Source of the DNA: a virus
Taxonomy: Duplodnaviria; Caudoviricetes
DNA length: 50,546 nucleotides
Strand: one strand, 5' to 3'
Virus record (IMG/VR): IMGVR_UViG_3300021180_000017
Location: 1-50,546 of that record
Within the stretch, counting starts at the first letter, position 1, and each line of letters opens with the position of its first letter. Shown piece after piece: positions 1 through 9,955 of this stretch. Made by a program: the position numbers and the translations under genes. Below the pieces are notes generated by a model. That model did no database searches. It worked only from the letters and a program-made list of their open reading frames with translations, and was not told the origin of the DNA.

Positions 1-132
1 CATCGACTGCCAGAGACGGATTGTCCTTCGCCATTTCATCTAGGAAAGACAACTTCTTCGTGAATTCATCTTGAGGAAGAGCGAATAACTTATCGGCAAA
101 TGCCTTGATGTTACTTCCGTAACCTAACGCTC
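1..132. repeat. Terminal overlap (copy 1), from circular assembly
   Basis: 1-132 matches 50415-50546 except one base (a127 vs c50541). It lies inside an ORF that reads through the junction. Confidence 0.95.
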
Positions 133-802
133 CAGTCCATCCTATGGCTGAACGTGTCTTGGCTTCCTGGTAGAACTGAGAGAGATTCTTGAGTTGGTCT
201 ATTCCGTACCCGACGTAACTCTGTTGTTTCACCCCTTGTTCGAGATTCTCGACCTTCGTCTGAAGGACTTGTCTTTTAGTCTCCAGATCAGTCGCTTTAT
301 TATCTGTATCTTTAGCCTGCTTAGGAAGAGCAAGACGGGCATCTGCATACGATGAGTCCTGCATGTACCCGGCGGCGGTATTCAGCGATGATACAAAGTT
401 GGTGGCGTACGCCCGTTCGATAATCGACTGGGGGTCAGTCTTGGCATTGATGTTATACGGTGAGATGACATTCCAGACTTCTTCGGGATCAAGTGGTCCT
501 CCTTTTTTATTGGCTAATTCTCTGATGTCGTCGTTGACTTTCTGAGTCCTCTCGACGTCGTATTCGGCAGCAGCCTGAGTACGAATCCGATCTTCCTGGT
601 TATCCAGGATTTGTTGACGAAGTTCTAACTGATCTGCCTTGAGGTATTTCCCTAATCCGCCTGCGGCAGCCTTATAAGCACGACGATCCGCCACTTCCGG
701 AGAAGGCGGTTGTACGTCTGAACCCTGAGGAGCCAACGAGACAGTCGTATCCGTCAGTATCGGACTATCTAAGGATGTAACATTCGATGTCTGGAAAACC
801 AT
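1..802 (-). CDS. 5' part of large internal virion (ejection) protein, continuing across the junction into 50414-45817 (1799 aa total)
   Basis: ATG at 802 overlaps the TAA of the upstream gene (TAATG). The frame MVFQTSNVTSLDSP...DEFTKKLSFLDEMAKDNPSLAVD is open to position 1 and joins the 1549-aa ORF in frame. Confidence 0.85.
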   Translation of the reverse strand, partial: MVFQTSNVTSLDSPILTDTTVSLAPQGSDVQPPSPEVADRRAYKAAAGGLGKYLKADQLELRQQILDNQEDRIRTQAAAEYDVERTQKVNDDIRELANKKGGPLDPEEVWNVISPYNINAKTDPQSIIERAYATNFVSSLNTAAGYMQDSSYADARLALPKQAKDTDNKATDLETKRQVLQTKVENLEQGVKQQSYVGYGIDQLKNLSQFYQEAKTRSAIGWTGALGYGSNIKAFADKLFALPQDEFTKKLSFLDEMAKDNPSLAVD

Positions 803-1383
803 TAACTCATATCGCCTGCGGCAGAACTGCCAGGATTGCTAAAACCTTGGAGTAATCTCGATAATGGATCGGCAGCCTTGCTTATTCCTGCACCTATCGC
901 GGCAGTACCTTGGTCAGAAGCCATCTTGCTCTGATAGAAAGACGCGACAAGCTTCTGTTGATTGATCTGATTGCTAAGTCCGAAAAGGTTTTGTCCAATC
1001 TCGAGATTTTTATTAATACCTCCGAGATTAAACAACCCTTCACTTTCAACCTGCTGTTGTCCCCCCTGATACCCTGAAGAGTACTGGGCACCCCCTGAAA
1101 CTGCCCCGGCAGTAGCCTGGGCACGTAACTGTTGGTTTTGACGTAAAGTCTGGAGGGATTGTCTGTTAGCTGATAACACCATAGCCTGTTGACGCTGGGC
1201 ATTCTCTTGTGTTTCCAGGTTAGTTATGTTCTCTTGGGCTTGGTAAACCCCCTGGGCATTCTTACTTTGATCGACGGCCGATCCGACACTCAAACCAAGA
1301 CCAGCCAAAGCTAGACCTGCCCCTAGGAAATTCCCTGTGGCTGCGGATATTCCTGCCCCTGCAAGACCATCAAAAAGAGACAT
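802..1383 (-). CDS. Internal virion protein (small, Gly/Ala/Gln-rich)
   Basis: 193 aa with a hydrophobic Gly/Ala N-terminus and Gln-rich helical region. Follows tail tube B, as in T7-like podoviruses. Confidence 0.7.
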   Translation of the reverse strand: MSLFDGLAGAGISAATGNFLGAGLALAGLGLSVGSAVDQSKNAQGVYQAQENITNLETQENAQRQQAMVLSANRQSLQTLRQNQQLRAQATAGAVSGGAQYSSGYQGGQQQVESEGLFNLGGINKNLEIGQNLFGLSNQINQQKLVASFYQSKMASDQGTAAIGAGISKAADPLSRLLQGFSNPGSSAAGDMS

Positions 1384-3797
1384 TAAGGACCTGTATTCTG
1401 TGCTTCATACGCACTCCAACCCATGATATCGAAAGGAAGACCTGTTACAGAAGTCACCTGAATTTGAAGGGCTACTCCACGCCCTCTCAGTCGATGTCTT
1501 CGTTGTACCATGCTGAATTTATCTGTATTAATACTCGTGTACTGTGGGATACTCCATCTGTTACTGTCTGGGACAGAAGCGTAATCCCAGATACTCTGGA
1601 TGTAGTAAGCCACCGTCGGTTGTTCCATCCTGGAATAGACGTAGATATACGGCATTTGGAATCGTCTTTGTCCTTGCCCGTGGAGTTTATACCCGGTAGT
1701 AAACGAAGACGTAAAGTTCTGGCCATCACCCGAACTAACCCAATCTGTATAAGTCGGGTCTCGTTCTTCTGCAAATGTATACCCAGTATTTACACTATTG
1801 AGTGTCACGTATTTGATTATACTATCAGGAGCACCAGTCCCGCCAGGACTCTGGACGTACACGACACCACTTATAGTAGGGACATTCCCTGAAGTGTTGA
1901 AAGAATACGGGTAGAATGCTTTGTTGTATACGTTATAACAAAGTATACTATCGTAGGTATACCTGTCTTGTACGTTGATCTCGTTAGTGCTTTTAAACAC
2001 CCACTGGACTACATAATTAATAGGATCGTATACCCCTCTGACAAACTTCTTACTCTGAGTAGGAATAGCATCGTAATACGACTGGATAGTTCCTACCGTT
2101 AATGGAGTAACCTCCCAAGGACTTACATGTAATGGTTGACCTATTACGGACTGTCCTTGTGCGGCAGGGGCAACGACGTATATTCCTTCTTCATTCCAAA
2201 ACATCGGAATACCGTTGACATCGACGTAGCTGGTTCCTGAGATACTTCTGACTTTACTGAGTTGAATAATATTAAAATCGTCAGCGGTAAAACCTATTCC
2301 TGTACTACCCGTGATGTACCAAACACCATTCGCCGCAAATACTAAAAGAGCATTCATTAACGGAACTAATTTATATATAGACCCACAGCCTTGTATCTGG
2401 ATGACTCCTCCATCTGTCGGAAGGAGACCAAACAACGTCTCTGACGTAGGATCATTCGTTTGATAACAATTCCCAAATTGACTGGGATCTGTGATTATCT
2501 GAGAAAAATATATCTGTTCAGACCATGAAAATGCGTTGTTAGTCGTACCTGCGGCTACGCTTGCGTCTACTCCTGCGTACCAGACACGACCTTGAAACCA
2601 TGTTCCCGTCCGAGGTCTGGCTGAAGTTATTACGTCAGACAATCCAGATATACCTGAAATTGCACTTCGTTGCTGTTGAAACACGTTAAGTACGTAATGA
2701 CCCCGTGGGGCGTATCCTGAATTCAGATTGACATTCGTATACGTAGTACTCGGAGAATACACGTCTGAAGAATTCTTGAAATACCACCAGACGTCGGCGT
2801 TACTAGGGTAATTTCCTATCCCAGAAAACCAAGTACTAATAAAACCAACATTAGTTGGAGCGATTCCATACGGAGTAACCTGAGACCAATAAAAACTTGT
2901 TAACGGAATACCTTGTTGTATCGAAAGAGAAGCCTGAGAAATATTAATTGTGAGTGTAGTTCCGGAATAAGAAGTCACTGTTCCTGCAAAAGTACCAATA
3001 CCATCTGGGTAAAATCCCGGAGACGGAACATAAGCATAATACACAGTACAACTCACGATATCTCCATTGTTTATTCCAGAAATACCAGAAGCAACCGTAA
3101 AAGCCGTACTGCCAGATAGTGCTGTAAAACTCCCGACTGGTATTGCCGTAGAAGAAGCCGCAGCCCATGGAGCTTGGGCAGTCCAACCTTGATTTACAAG
3201 ATTATAAAGATGTGGATTACTGTCTGTAGATGGTCGGGTAGTTACTGTCAGTCCGTCAACGACACCGTTGAAATCTCTGACTTGGACTGTAATTAACGTG
3301 GCTGTTATTGTACTGGGGGATGTATACGTTACATAAATCGGATCCATCGTAGGTTGGTACACGAAGAGATACCCGTTGCCGTCTGCGAATTGACATTCTT
3401 GTGTCGTATCGAAAGCACCACCAGAGGCTGTATAAGCCTGAAGATTGATCGTCGAAGTCAGTATTTGTTGTGATAAAGGATTGTTAACTGTCGCCGAAGA
3501 AGATTTATAGAAATATAACGTGGCACCGACTTGAAGAACAACAAATTGTGTCAGTCCGTCACCTGAAGCGTTATTCCATTTATATGTATTGATGGCGACG
3601 AATGTATTACTAACCATGTTTTGAGTGAAGTTGGCTTCGTAGTCAAACCCTTGTCTACGGATGACATCACCGACCAACGTGTAGACACAATTCTCTGTAC
3701 TGGTGGCTGCATTCTCCGGAAAGTTCAATCCGGTGAATTCAGTCAACAGTCCTTTAGTGAAGTTATTCTCTAACGAAACGCCAGGTTGGTTAGGCAT
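1383..3797 (-). CDS. Tail tubular protein B / nozzle (packaged-DNA stabilisation protein)
   Basis: 804 aa, beta-rich. N-terminal NNFTKGLLTEFTGLNFPENA, internal FQGRVWYAG and IYFSQI motifs. Size and synteny match a podovirus nozzle. Confidence 0.8.
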   Translation of the reverse strand: MPNQPGVSLENNFTKGLLTEFTGLNFPENAATSTENCVYTLVGDVIRRQGFDYEANFTQNMVSNTFVAINTYKWNNASGDGLTQFVVLQVGATLYFYKSSSATVNNPLSQQILTSTINLQAYTASGGAFDTTQECQFADGNGYLFVYQPTMDPIYVTYTSPSTITATLITVQVRDFNGVVDGLTVTTRPSTDSNPHLYNLVNQGWTAQAPWAAASSTAIPVGSFTALSGSTAFTVASGISGINNGDIVSCTVYYAYVPSPGFYPDGIGTFAGTVTSYSGTTLTINISQASLSIQQGIPLTSFYWSQVTPYGIAPTNVGFISTWFSGIGNYPSNADVWWYFKNSSDVYSPSTTYTNVNLNSGYAPRGHYVLNVFQQQRSAISGISGLSDVITSARPRTGTWFQGRVWYAGVDASVAAGTTNNAFSWSEQIYFSQIITDPSQFGNCYQTNDPTSETLFGLLPTDGGVIQIQGCGSIYKLVPLMNALLVFAANGVWYITGSTGIGFTADDFNIIQLSKVRSISGTSYVDVNGIPMFWNEEGIYVVAPAAQGQSVIGQPLHVSPWEVTPLTVGTIQSYYDAIPTQSKKFVRGVYDPINYVVQWVFKSTNEINVQDRYTYDSILCYNVYNKAFYPYSFNTSGNVPTISGVVYVQSPGGTGAPDSIIKYVTLNSVNTGYTFAEERDPTYTDWVSSGDGQNFTSSFTTGYKLHGQGQRRFQMPYIYVYSRMEQPTVAYYIQSIWDYASVPDSNRWSIPQYTSINTDKFSMVQRRHRLRGRGVALQIQVTSVTGLPFDIMGWSAYEAQNTGP

Positions 3798-4104
3798 CTA
3801 TCTCTTTGATTCTGAGATTTCTGGTGTTGTAGTACTGTTCTGCATGTCGTATCGCGGCAGGAAGACTCGTAAATGCGCAACGGAGATCTCTAGGAGGAAG
3901 TCCCTCGTCGTACGCGAAAGACCAGAAGTTCGTTTCAAGGTCTTTCTTGATGTGGAGTTTATTTCCACCTGCGAATAACCTTGGATCAACCATCCCGGTG
4001 ACACTCTTAGGTTGAGTCCCGTCGATAATCTCAAGTCTATACAAACGATCAGTTTTGAGCATCTTGCTTGTATTCATACTGTCAGTCATTGCAACCATCG
4101 TCAT
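3790..4104 (-). CDS. Hypothetical protein between tail tube A and B
   Basis: 104 aa, overlapping both neighbouring genes. Confidence 0.75.
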   Translation of the reverse strand: MTMVAMTDSMNTSKMLKTDRLYRLEIIDGTQPKSVTGMVDPRLFAGGNKLHIKKDLETNFWSFAYDEGLPPRDLRCAFTSLPAAIRHAEQYYNTRNLRIKEIDA

Positions 4105-5012
4105 TGTAATGTATCAAACTTTCTTGCTTTGAAATAACTCACCGGAGCGGTGAAGCCTCCACCTTGTCTACCGAAATTAGGTAATGCATCGAAGTAACTC
4201 GGCTTGTTAGAAACACTCTTGTTCTTCTGGACAGAAGTCCAACCACGTTTCTTCTCCTGTTCTGCCAACGAATGGACCTGCTGTTTCAACTCGAAGAAGG
4301 CCAACGCCTTGGCTTCGTTGTAAAGCAACTGGAATTGTTCGTCGTCGAGATCAGGAATGAACGTATCCGTCATTTTCCACTGTGGAATAACTCTAGCCCA
4401 AGCCATTGTTTTATTGCCTTGGAGAGTGCTGTCGACAGAACTGTCGTATGCGTCGAATAATACCTGGTAATTACTTACGATGGTGCAGTACGACGGCGTC
4501 CTATCGGTATACGCATACAACGTGTAATTCCCTGCAAACTCATCTGAGTTAGAGTTGTCTGAAAAGGTATATGTCAGAACGTTAGTCTCGCTAGGGTTAA
4601 ACCCCGTAACCATCTCGATAAAGTCTTTGACTGGTAAGATATCGACAAGTAAATACCCGGGGGCGACATTCGTCGGTCCAGTCGTACTCGTCAGATCCAG
4701 GTTTAAATCATGGATAGTCGAACCCGGAGATGTATTCCCCGTCGTATCGTTGTTGAAATATCTCAACCAAGAAATCTCAGCCACCCCGCCAGGGACGTAC
4801 ATCAACGTCGGACGAGTCACATCCAGAGATGGAGATAACTGCACTATCTGTTGATGTTCAGGGAGATTAACACGAGTTACGAGGTCGTAGTATTTCTCTT
4901 TAAGGATGTTAGCTACTTGGAGAGATTCCACGGTGTCTGAAATGCTGTTGACTTCGTCGGAAGACATCGCACTCAAGATGTCTTGAGTCATTTCCAGGAG
5001 TGTCATTTGCAT
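4101..5012 (-). CDS. Tail tubular protein A / adaptor
   Basis: Starts MQMTLLEMTQDILSAMSSDEVNSISDT, a typical adaptor N-terminal helix. ATG at 5012 overlaps the upstream stop. Confidence 0.8.
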   Translation of the reverse strand: MQMTLLEMTQDILSAMSSDEVNSISDTVESLQVANILKEKYYDLVTRVNLPEHQQIVQLSPSLDVTRPTLMYVPGGVAEISWLRYFNNDTTGNTSPGSTIHDLNLDLTSTTGPTNVAPGYLLVDILPVKDFIEMVTGFNPSETNVLTYTFSDNSNSDEFAGNYTLYAYTDRTPSYCTIVSNYQVLFDAYDSSVDSTLQGNKTMAWARVIPQWKMTDTFIPDLDDEQFQLLYNEAKALAFFELKQQVHSLAEQEKKRGWTSVQKNKSVSNKPSYFDALPNFGRQGGGFTAPVSYFKARKFDTLQ

Positions 5013-5389
5013 TATCGACGGTTCCACATGTTAAGACCGATATTACCTAAAAGAAAAGTAATGACTGCGTAAGGAAGATACGGCACGCTAGTCTTATCAA
5101 AACCAGCCACATGCCACATATAGACCTTCCAAGAGTTCTCGGCTATGATTGTATCCCAACTGACAAGCATGACCCAAACAACAATCGGGAGACACATCGC
5201 GTCACGCATGATACGCAACCCGATGTCATCTGCTGTGGCTTGGATAATCTGAGCAGAAGCTTGTGTCTCAGCGATAGTTACTTGTGCACCAGCTTGAACA
5301 ACAGCGATTTCCTTGTTGAAGAAACCGCTGAAGATAGAGGATATTCCTTGAATTATAGGTCCTAGAAGAGGAATCCAACCAAACATCAT
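5012..5389 (-). CDS. Putative holin
   Basis: 125 aa with 2-3 hydrophobic segments and a basic C-terminus, within the lysis cluster. Confidence 0.6.
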   Translation of the reverse strand: MMFGWIPLLGPIIQGISSIFSGFFNKEIAVVQAGAQVTIAETQASAQIIQATADDIGLRIMRDAMCLPIVVWVMLVSWDTIIAENSWKVYMWHVAGFDKTSVPYLPYAVITFLLGNIGLNMWNRR

Positions 5390-5637
5390 TCGTCCTTGTG
5401 TCCGTGACAGACGTAAGTAATCAAACCGAATACAACCAAACCTAGAGTTACTTCTTTAGGAAGATTCAACCCATCTAGATAACTCTTGATGGTAGGGTCT
5501 GTTATATACGAATGTAACTGACCGAGAGTAAAAATAACGGCACCAGCAGACGCCTGGATGTAACTCCAAACCTTAGTCTGGGAGTTATTCCAGAAAGTCT
5601 TAGACGCCGACTTTAGCTTTGATATTTGTGATGTCAT
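5386..5637 (-). CDS. Small two-TM membrane protein, lysis cassette
   Basis: 83 aa with two hydrophobic helices. ATGA overlap with the next gene. Confidence 0.6.
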   Translation of the reverse strand: MTSQISKLKSASKTFWNNSQTKVWSYIQASAGAVIFTLGQLHSYITDPTIKSYLDGLNLPKEVTLGLVVFGLITYVCHGHKDE

Positions 5638-5749
5638 TTTTAATGTTATTCAAGTCGTTTTGAACTCCAGTCATACCACGGCCTTTGACGTACCAGCCTG
5701 CGCCGAAGCCAACACCAAGAGAGATGATAGAAGAGATGATTGCGTCCAT
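5600..5749 (-). CDS. Small membrane protein (TM plus coiled coil)
   Basis: MDAIISSIISLGVGFGAGWYVKG, preceded by an AGGAG Shine-Dalgarno. This start is more plausible than the listed 5815. Confidence 0.6.
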   Translation of the reverse strand: MDAIISSIISLGVGFGAGWYVKGRGMTGVQNDLNNIKNDITNIKAKVGV

Positions 5750-5814
5750 GTAGGAAACTCCTGAGATTAAATGTGGAATATACGAGGGTGCTTCTGTGAA
5801 ATGTTTAGTTACCA

Positions 5815-6447
5815 TTATTTACCTTTGTTGATTAATTCATGGACTAGTATTGCAACACCGATGGCAATCACCGAAGCTACACTTAGAACAAGAAATTCGT
5901 GGTTATGCCAGAATTGAGAGATGTACGCTCCTACTCCTACCGTTGCTGTACCAACTACAGGACCAGTAGTGATATTCTTCTGAGTAGCGAGTTGTTTACT
6001 ATAAGCCCTGACACGAGAAACCCTAGCCATCCAACCTTTTAGAAATTTACTATTCTTACCCTGTCCAATAGCCTGTAGGAAGGCCGTACGTTCGTCGTTG
6101 ATGGCGTCTATCAGTTTAGTACCAGACAGTGAATTAAACCTCTGTAGAGCCTTCCTAGGGCGTCCTAGACCCGAATTAACCCCGTAGTCAAAGCAGGTAT
6201 AATCAACACCAGAAGATAGATCGTCACAACCAAGAGCGTCCCAGTATTTCGATTTATAGATAACTTTAGCTTGATCAACCGTCATACTCCTTACATCGGA
6301 CGCAGCCCCATTCTTATTAATATACGCGCGATAGTCGGCGATGGTGATGCCATAGTTAGTAGGACCACCACTATCGTTAGGATCGTTAGTATATCCCCCT
6401 TCGTCCTTAAGAAGTCTAGTAAGACAGTCATTGTAATTCTGTTTCAT
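5815..6447 (-). CDS. Endolysin, glycoside hydrolase family 108 with C-terminal hydrophobic helices
   Basis: [20 protein letters not shown] catalytic motif, [15 protein letters not shown] and FLKGWMARV, followed by a TM tail. Confidence 0.92.
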   Translation of the reverse strand: MKQNYNDCLTRLLKDEGGYTNDPNDSGGPTNYGITIADYRAYINKNGAASDVRSMTVDQAKVIYKSKYWDALGCDDLSSGVDYTCFDYGVNSGLGRPRKALQRFNSLSGTKLIDAINDERTAFLQAIGQGKNSKFLKGWMARVSRVRAYSKQLATQKNITTGPVVGTATVGVGAYISQFWHNHEFLVLSVASVIAIGVAILVHELINKGK

Positions 6448-7529
6448 GTGATACCGTAGATGTTGACAGTGCCGTTGGTGTAACTTCCACTGCTGTTAAT
6501 TTTAAATTGACATCCGTCGATTGTAGTCGATCCAATCCAATACCCAGCGCAAGTAATTACAAAGGGAGTCGTAAGTCCTGAGTTGATTGACATCGCAGAA
6601 CAAGTAATTGGTTTATAAGTTCCTGATCCAATACCTTCTATGTATATAGAACCTCCCGTAACCCAAGAACTTGATCCAAAGTTTGAACAATATGGAAAAT
6701 ACGTAGTGAGATTACCTGTACCTGAAACTACAACTGAAGACGCATTAACTGAATAGTTTGCATTTAAATAACTGCTTGTTTGATAACTACCGTTAGAATG
6801 TACTAACAAAGCTGGAAAATTAGTAGTGCTTCCACCTATTCCCCAGAAAAGAAGTCTTACTGAACTATACGGTGCCCAAGAAACTGTAGAATTAATGGTA
6901 GTGCCGGATAGCGTTAAAGACTCTAGAAATGTCATTGAAGACGAAGGAGGAGTTACCCATGAGCCATCCCCGCGCCAAAATGTACTTGAAGAAGCTGATG
7001 TTCCTGAATTAAGATTGGTTACAGGGAGATTACCAGATACGTCTGAAGTATTGAGACGGACATTCAATGTATTGCTTACACCAGAGATAGTTTTATTCGT
7101 TAATGTATCTGTAGTACCCCTTGCTACCAATGTATCTGTAGCTGTTGGAAAAGAAACAGTACCTGTGTTAGTAACTGTAGAAAGAGTCGGCGAAGATACC
7201 CAAGTCGGTGTAGCTGTAACTACTTGTAAAATCTGATTAGCAGTTCCACCTAGTGGAAGATTTCCGGTGTTATTAATAGTAACGGTACCACCTGCTCCAA
7301 CAGCATCTGTGAGTCTCATAGGAGAATCTGCAGATATGGGAGGGCCTAGATTAATAATTTGGTTACCGTTCATATCTAGAGTTGAGGCCATTTGATTAGG
7401 CGGTGTACCATCTCTAGACAGAGTATTATCCATTGCAGTCTGGATAGTACTGAAGTTATTATTTATCGTAGTAGCTGCAGTAGTAGCTTGAGTAAGATCA
7501 GCTACGTTAGTCAGTGTGATCTTAGACAT
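6444..7529 (-). CDS. Tail fibre protein 2
   Basis: N-terminal [16 protein letters not shown] anchor, Thr/Ser-rich body and C-terminal GTVNIYGI beta domain. Confidence 0.75.
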   Translation of the reverse strand: MSKITLTNVADLTQATTAATTINNNFSTIQTAMDNTLSRDGTPPNQMASTLDMNGNQIINLGPPISADSPMRLTDAVGAGGTVTINNTGNLPLGGTANQILQVVTATPTWVSSPTLSTVTNTGTVSFPTATDTLVARGTTDTLTNKTISGVSNTLNVRLNTSDVSGNLPVTNLNSGTSASSSTFWRGDGSWVTPPSSSMTFLESLTLSGTTINSTVSWAPYSSVRLLFWGIGGSTTNFPALLVHSNGSYQTSSYLNANYSVNASSVVVSGTGNLTTYFPYCSNFGSSSWVTGGSIYIEGIGSGTYKPITCSAMSINSGLTTPFVITCAGYWIGSTTIDGCQFKINSSGSYTNGTVNIYGIT

Positions 7530-8833
7530 TATCTAATCCTTCTTGCACGGATCATACCGTAAGCTGTACAAGTACTAGCGGTAAACGTAGCTGTACCTAT
7601 TAAGTAGACTGTTGTTGAACCTGAGACATTAAACCTACAGGTTTGTATAGGCAAAATGTAATCTGTACCAGCGCCGGGAACAACCGCAGAAATATCTTGA
7701 GTAGCTGCCCTACCATTAGTAATATCATTTGTATTGTTTGTAGTTGAAAGAGAAGATTGGATGAAGGTGTAGCTCGTAGTAGAGGTTCCTACAAAACTAA
7801 CACTACCTGTAACATCCCAATCTCCTGCGGTTAAGGTAATACTTGTAATACTTTTTGATGTTGAAGTAGTTAAAGAAGTTGCAGAACCTGAGGCTATGAC
7901 ACTTTCAATATATTCCCCGACAGTACCTGCAGAAGCAGAGTCAGCAGCAGTAGTTCCTATTAACCCTCCTGTTGTTGGAGAAAATGCGAGAGATGTAGCC
8001 GTAGCTGCGCCTAACGTAGGTGTAACAAACGTAGGACTTGTCGTTAAGGAGATAGCACCTGAACCGTTGACGTTAGTTCCTAAGGCAGTTGCTATACCGG
8101 TTCCTAAGCCAGAAATACCTGTACTTACAGGAAGTCCTGTACAACTCGTGAGTGTACCTGAAGAAGGAGTTCCTAAGACTGGAGTTGTCAAAGTAGGTGA
8201 AGTCAACGTCTTATTCGTAAGAGTATCTGTCGTCGCTCTGCCGACTAACGTATCTGTACTCGTCGGGAGTGTAAGTGTTCCTGTGTTTACTACGGTAGAA
8301 AAAACAGGCGAAGTCAGTGTAGGAGAGGTCAGTGTTTTATTGGTAAGGGTATCTGTAGTATTACGTGCTACTAACGTATCGACAGTAGTAGGAACTGTAA
8401 CGGTATTGACTGTAGTAAACGTCGGTGTCGCCGTAGTAGCGACAGTAGTCGGAGTACTCCCAGTCAGAACGATGTTGTTCCCAGCAACAAGTTCTGCAGC
8501 TTCTGAAGTCCATCCTATTTGATAGTCTGTATTGCTTGTCTTGGCTAGGACTTGTCCTGTAGTACCGCCCGCAGGGATGTTAGTGATCGTTCCACCGGTC
8601 TGGACATCCTGGAGTCTGACAGGAGAATCTGCCGTAGCAGGAGTCGGGAGGTTGATTATCTGAAAATTATCCATATCCAGATTGGAACCCATCGTGTTAG
8701 GAGAGGTTCCATCTCTAGATAGCGTGTTATCAAACGCAGTCGTTATGACTGCGTTGTTAGTATTAATAGCGTTAACCGCAGTCGTTTGATTCTGCAAATT
8801 AACGAGGGGAGTTAACGTTATCTTGTCAGTCAT
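7529..8833 (-). CDS. Tail fibre protein 1
   Basis: Same N-terminal anchor as the neighbouring fibre, [12 protein letters not shown] repeats and C-terminal [11 protein letters not shown]...IRARRIR domain. Confidence 0.75.
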   Translation of the reverse strand: MTDKITLTPLVNLQNQTTAVNAINTNNAVITTAFDNTLSRDGTSPNTMGSNLDMDNFQIINLPTPATADSPVRLQDVQTGGTITNIPAGGTTGQVLAKTSNTDYQIGWTSEAAELVAGNNIVLTGSTPTTVATTATPTFTTVNTVTVPTTVDTLVARNTTDTLTNKTLTSPTLTSPVFSTVVNTGTLTLPTSTDTLVGRATTDTLTNKTLTSPTLTTPVLGTPSSGTLTSCTGLPVSTGISGLGTGIATALGTNVNGSGAISLTTSPTFVTPTLGAATATSLAFSPTTGGLIGTTAADSASAGTVGEYIESVIASGSATSLTTSTSKSITSITLTAGDWDVTGSVSFVGTSTTSYTFIQSSLSTTNNTNDITNGRAATQDISAVVPGAGTDYILPIQTCRFNVSGSTTVYLIGTATFTASTCTAYGMIRARRIR

Positions 8834-9336
8834 TAGAAGTAAACTACGTAAGCCTGTGAACCAGGAATGACGTTAGTCAACCTGACAAAAACATACTTGG
8901 AGGTACCTCCTGTGATTGCGGTATTCGCCTGATGGGTATCAAACGCACCGCTTGCTGGGACTGCCAACGTTATTGTCGTAGCAGACGTCCCGTTGCAAAT
9001 CAGACAGGTAATTACGTCACCCACGGCAGCTCCGGCTGTCACTGCGTTAACGCCAGCCACGATATTCGCGGCAGAGTCAAACGTGGCAGTACAGGCCGTC
9101 GAAGGAGCAAGAGTCATAATCCCGGTCAGGAGTTGTTCAGCCAAGAGCGTTGTAGTAGCACCCGGGGCAGAACTGATTGGAGTCCCAATCCCGTCGATGT
9201 AATTAATACCTAACGGTGCAGCAGGGAAAGTAATCGTCCCTACTGTAATCGGGGTATTTGTGGCACGAACACGAGAGTTGTTGACGACAACGTCTTGCCC
9301 GGCTTCGTCATTTAAATACGCATTAACTATAGTCAT
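8833..9336 (-). CDS. Putative virion structural protein
   Basis: 167 aa, Ala/Thr/Val beta-rich, between head and fibre genes. SD-like AAGG upstream. Confidence 0.6.
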   Translation of the reverse strand: MTIVNAYLNDEAGQDVVVNNSRVRATNTPITVGTITFPAAPLGINYIDGIGTPISSAPGATTTLLAEQLLTGIMTLAPSTACTATFDSAANIVAGVNAVTAGAAVGDVITCLICNGTSATTITLAVPASGAFDTHQANTAITGGTSKYVFVRLTNVIPGSQAYVVYF

Positions 9337-9347
9337 TTAAACCTTTC

Positions 9348-9373
9348 TTTGAAAGTGGGGCCGAAGCCCCACA
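9348..9373 (-). terminator. Hairpin or weak intrinsic terminator after the head genes
   Basis: gtggggc-cgaa-gccccac stem (UUCG loop on the minus strand) followed by TTTC. Confidence 0.6.
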
Positions 9374-9387
9374 ATTCAATGATTATC

Positions 9388-9945
9388 TTACTGCGTAATC
9401 GGGGGCAGACCGCGGTAGAATACCCGGATACGGACGGCACCTGCGGTAAACGCAGTTGCAGTACCTGTAGCCGTAATATAATACGGGCCGGTAGCGTTAG
9501 CGGGTTGTGTACCCAGCAAACTGCCACCTTGGGCGCCACCAGCTGGAATACTCGTAGCACCGAAGTATTCAATGACAGAACCAGCACTGGCCATATGGGC
9601 CTGTGTCTCTGCATTGATAAGTGCGGTGGAATACCCGGAAGGAATCGTCGCACGATCCATCTGGATAAGACCGACACTCAGTGTACTAGCACCAGTAACG
9701 CCTGTTTCAACAACAAGTTCAACCTTCTCAATAATCAACTGACCAGTCGGGGGTGCCGGAAAGATCGTTGTATTCGAAATGATTAAAGGAGTTGCAGTCA
9801 GTGAAGTAAGAGTAGTCTGGGGAATAAGAACTTCGATAATCCTGTTAGGACCTTCGAAGGTGAATTCACCAGCTGTCTCTGGGATGGCTTTATCAGCACC
9901 AAACTGAATAAAGAGACCATCCGCATTAAGCCAATTTTGAGCCAT
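9388..9945 (-). CDS. Minor capsid / head decoration protein
   Basis: 185 aa starting MAQNWLNADGL, beta-rich, immediately after the major capsid gene. Confidence 0.65.
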   Translation of the reverse strand: MAQNWLNADGLFIQFGADKAIPETAGEFTFEGPNRIIEVLIPQTTLTSLTATPLIISNTTIFPAPPTGQLIIEKVELVVETGVTGASTLSVGLIQMDRATIPSGYSTALINAETQAHMASAGSVIEYFGATSIPAGGAQGGSLLGTQPANATGPYYITATGTATAFTAGAVRIRVFYRGLPPITQ

Positions 9946-9955
9946 ATTATAATCC

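Noticed and set aside
6826-8522. Long plus-strand ORFs opposite the tail fibre genes (and similar shadows elsewhere)
   Set aside because: Antisense shadows of Thr-rich coding sequence (Val-rich translations), without SD or promoter.
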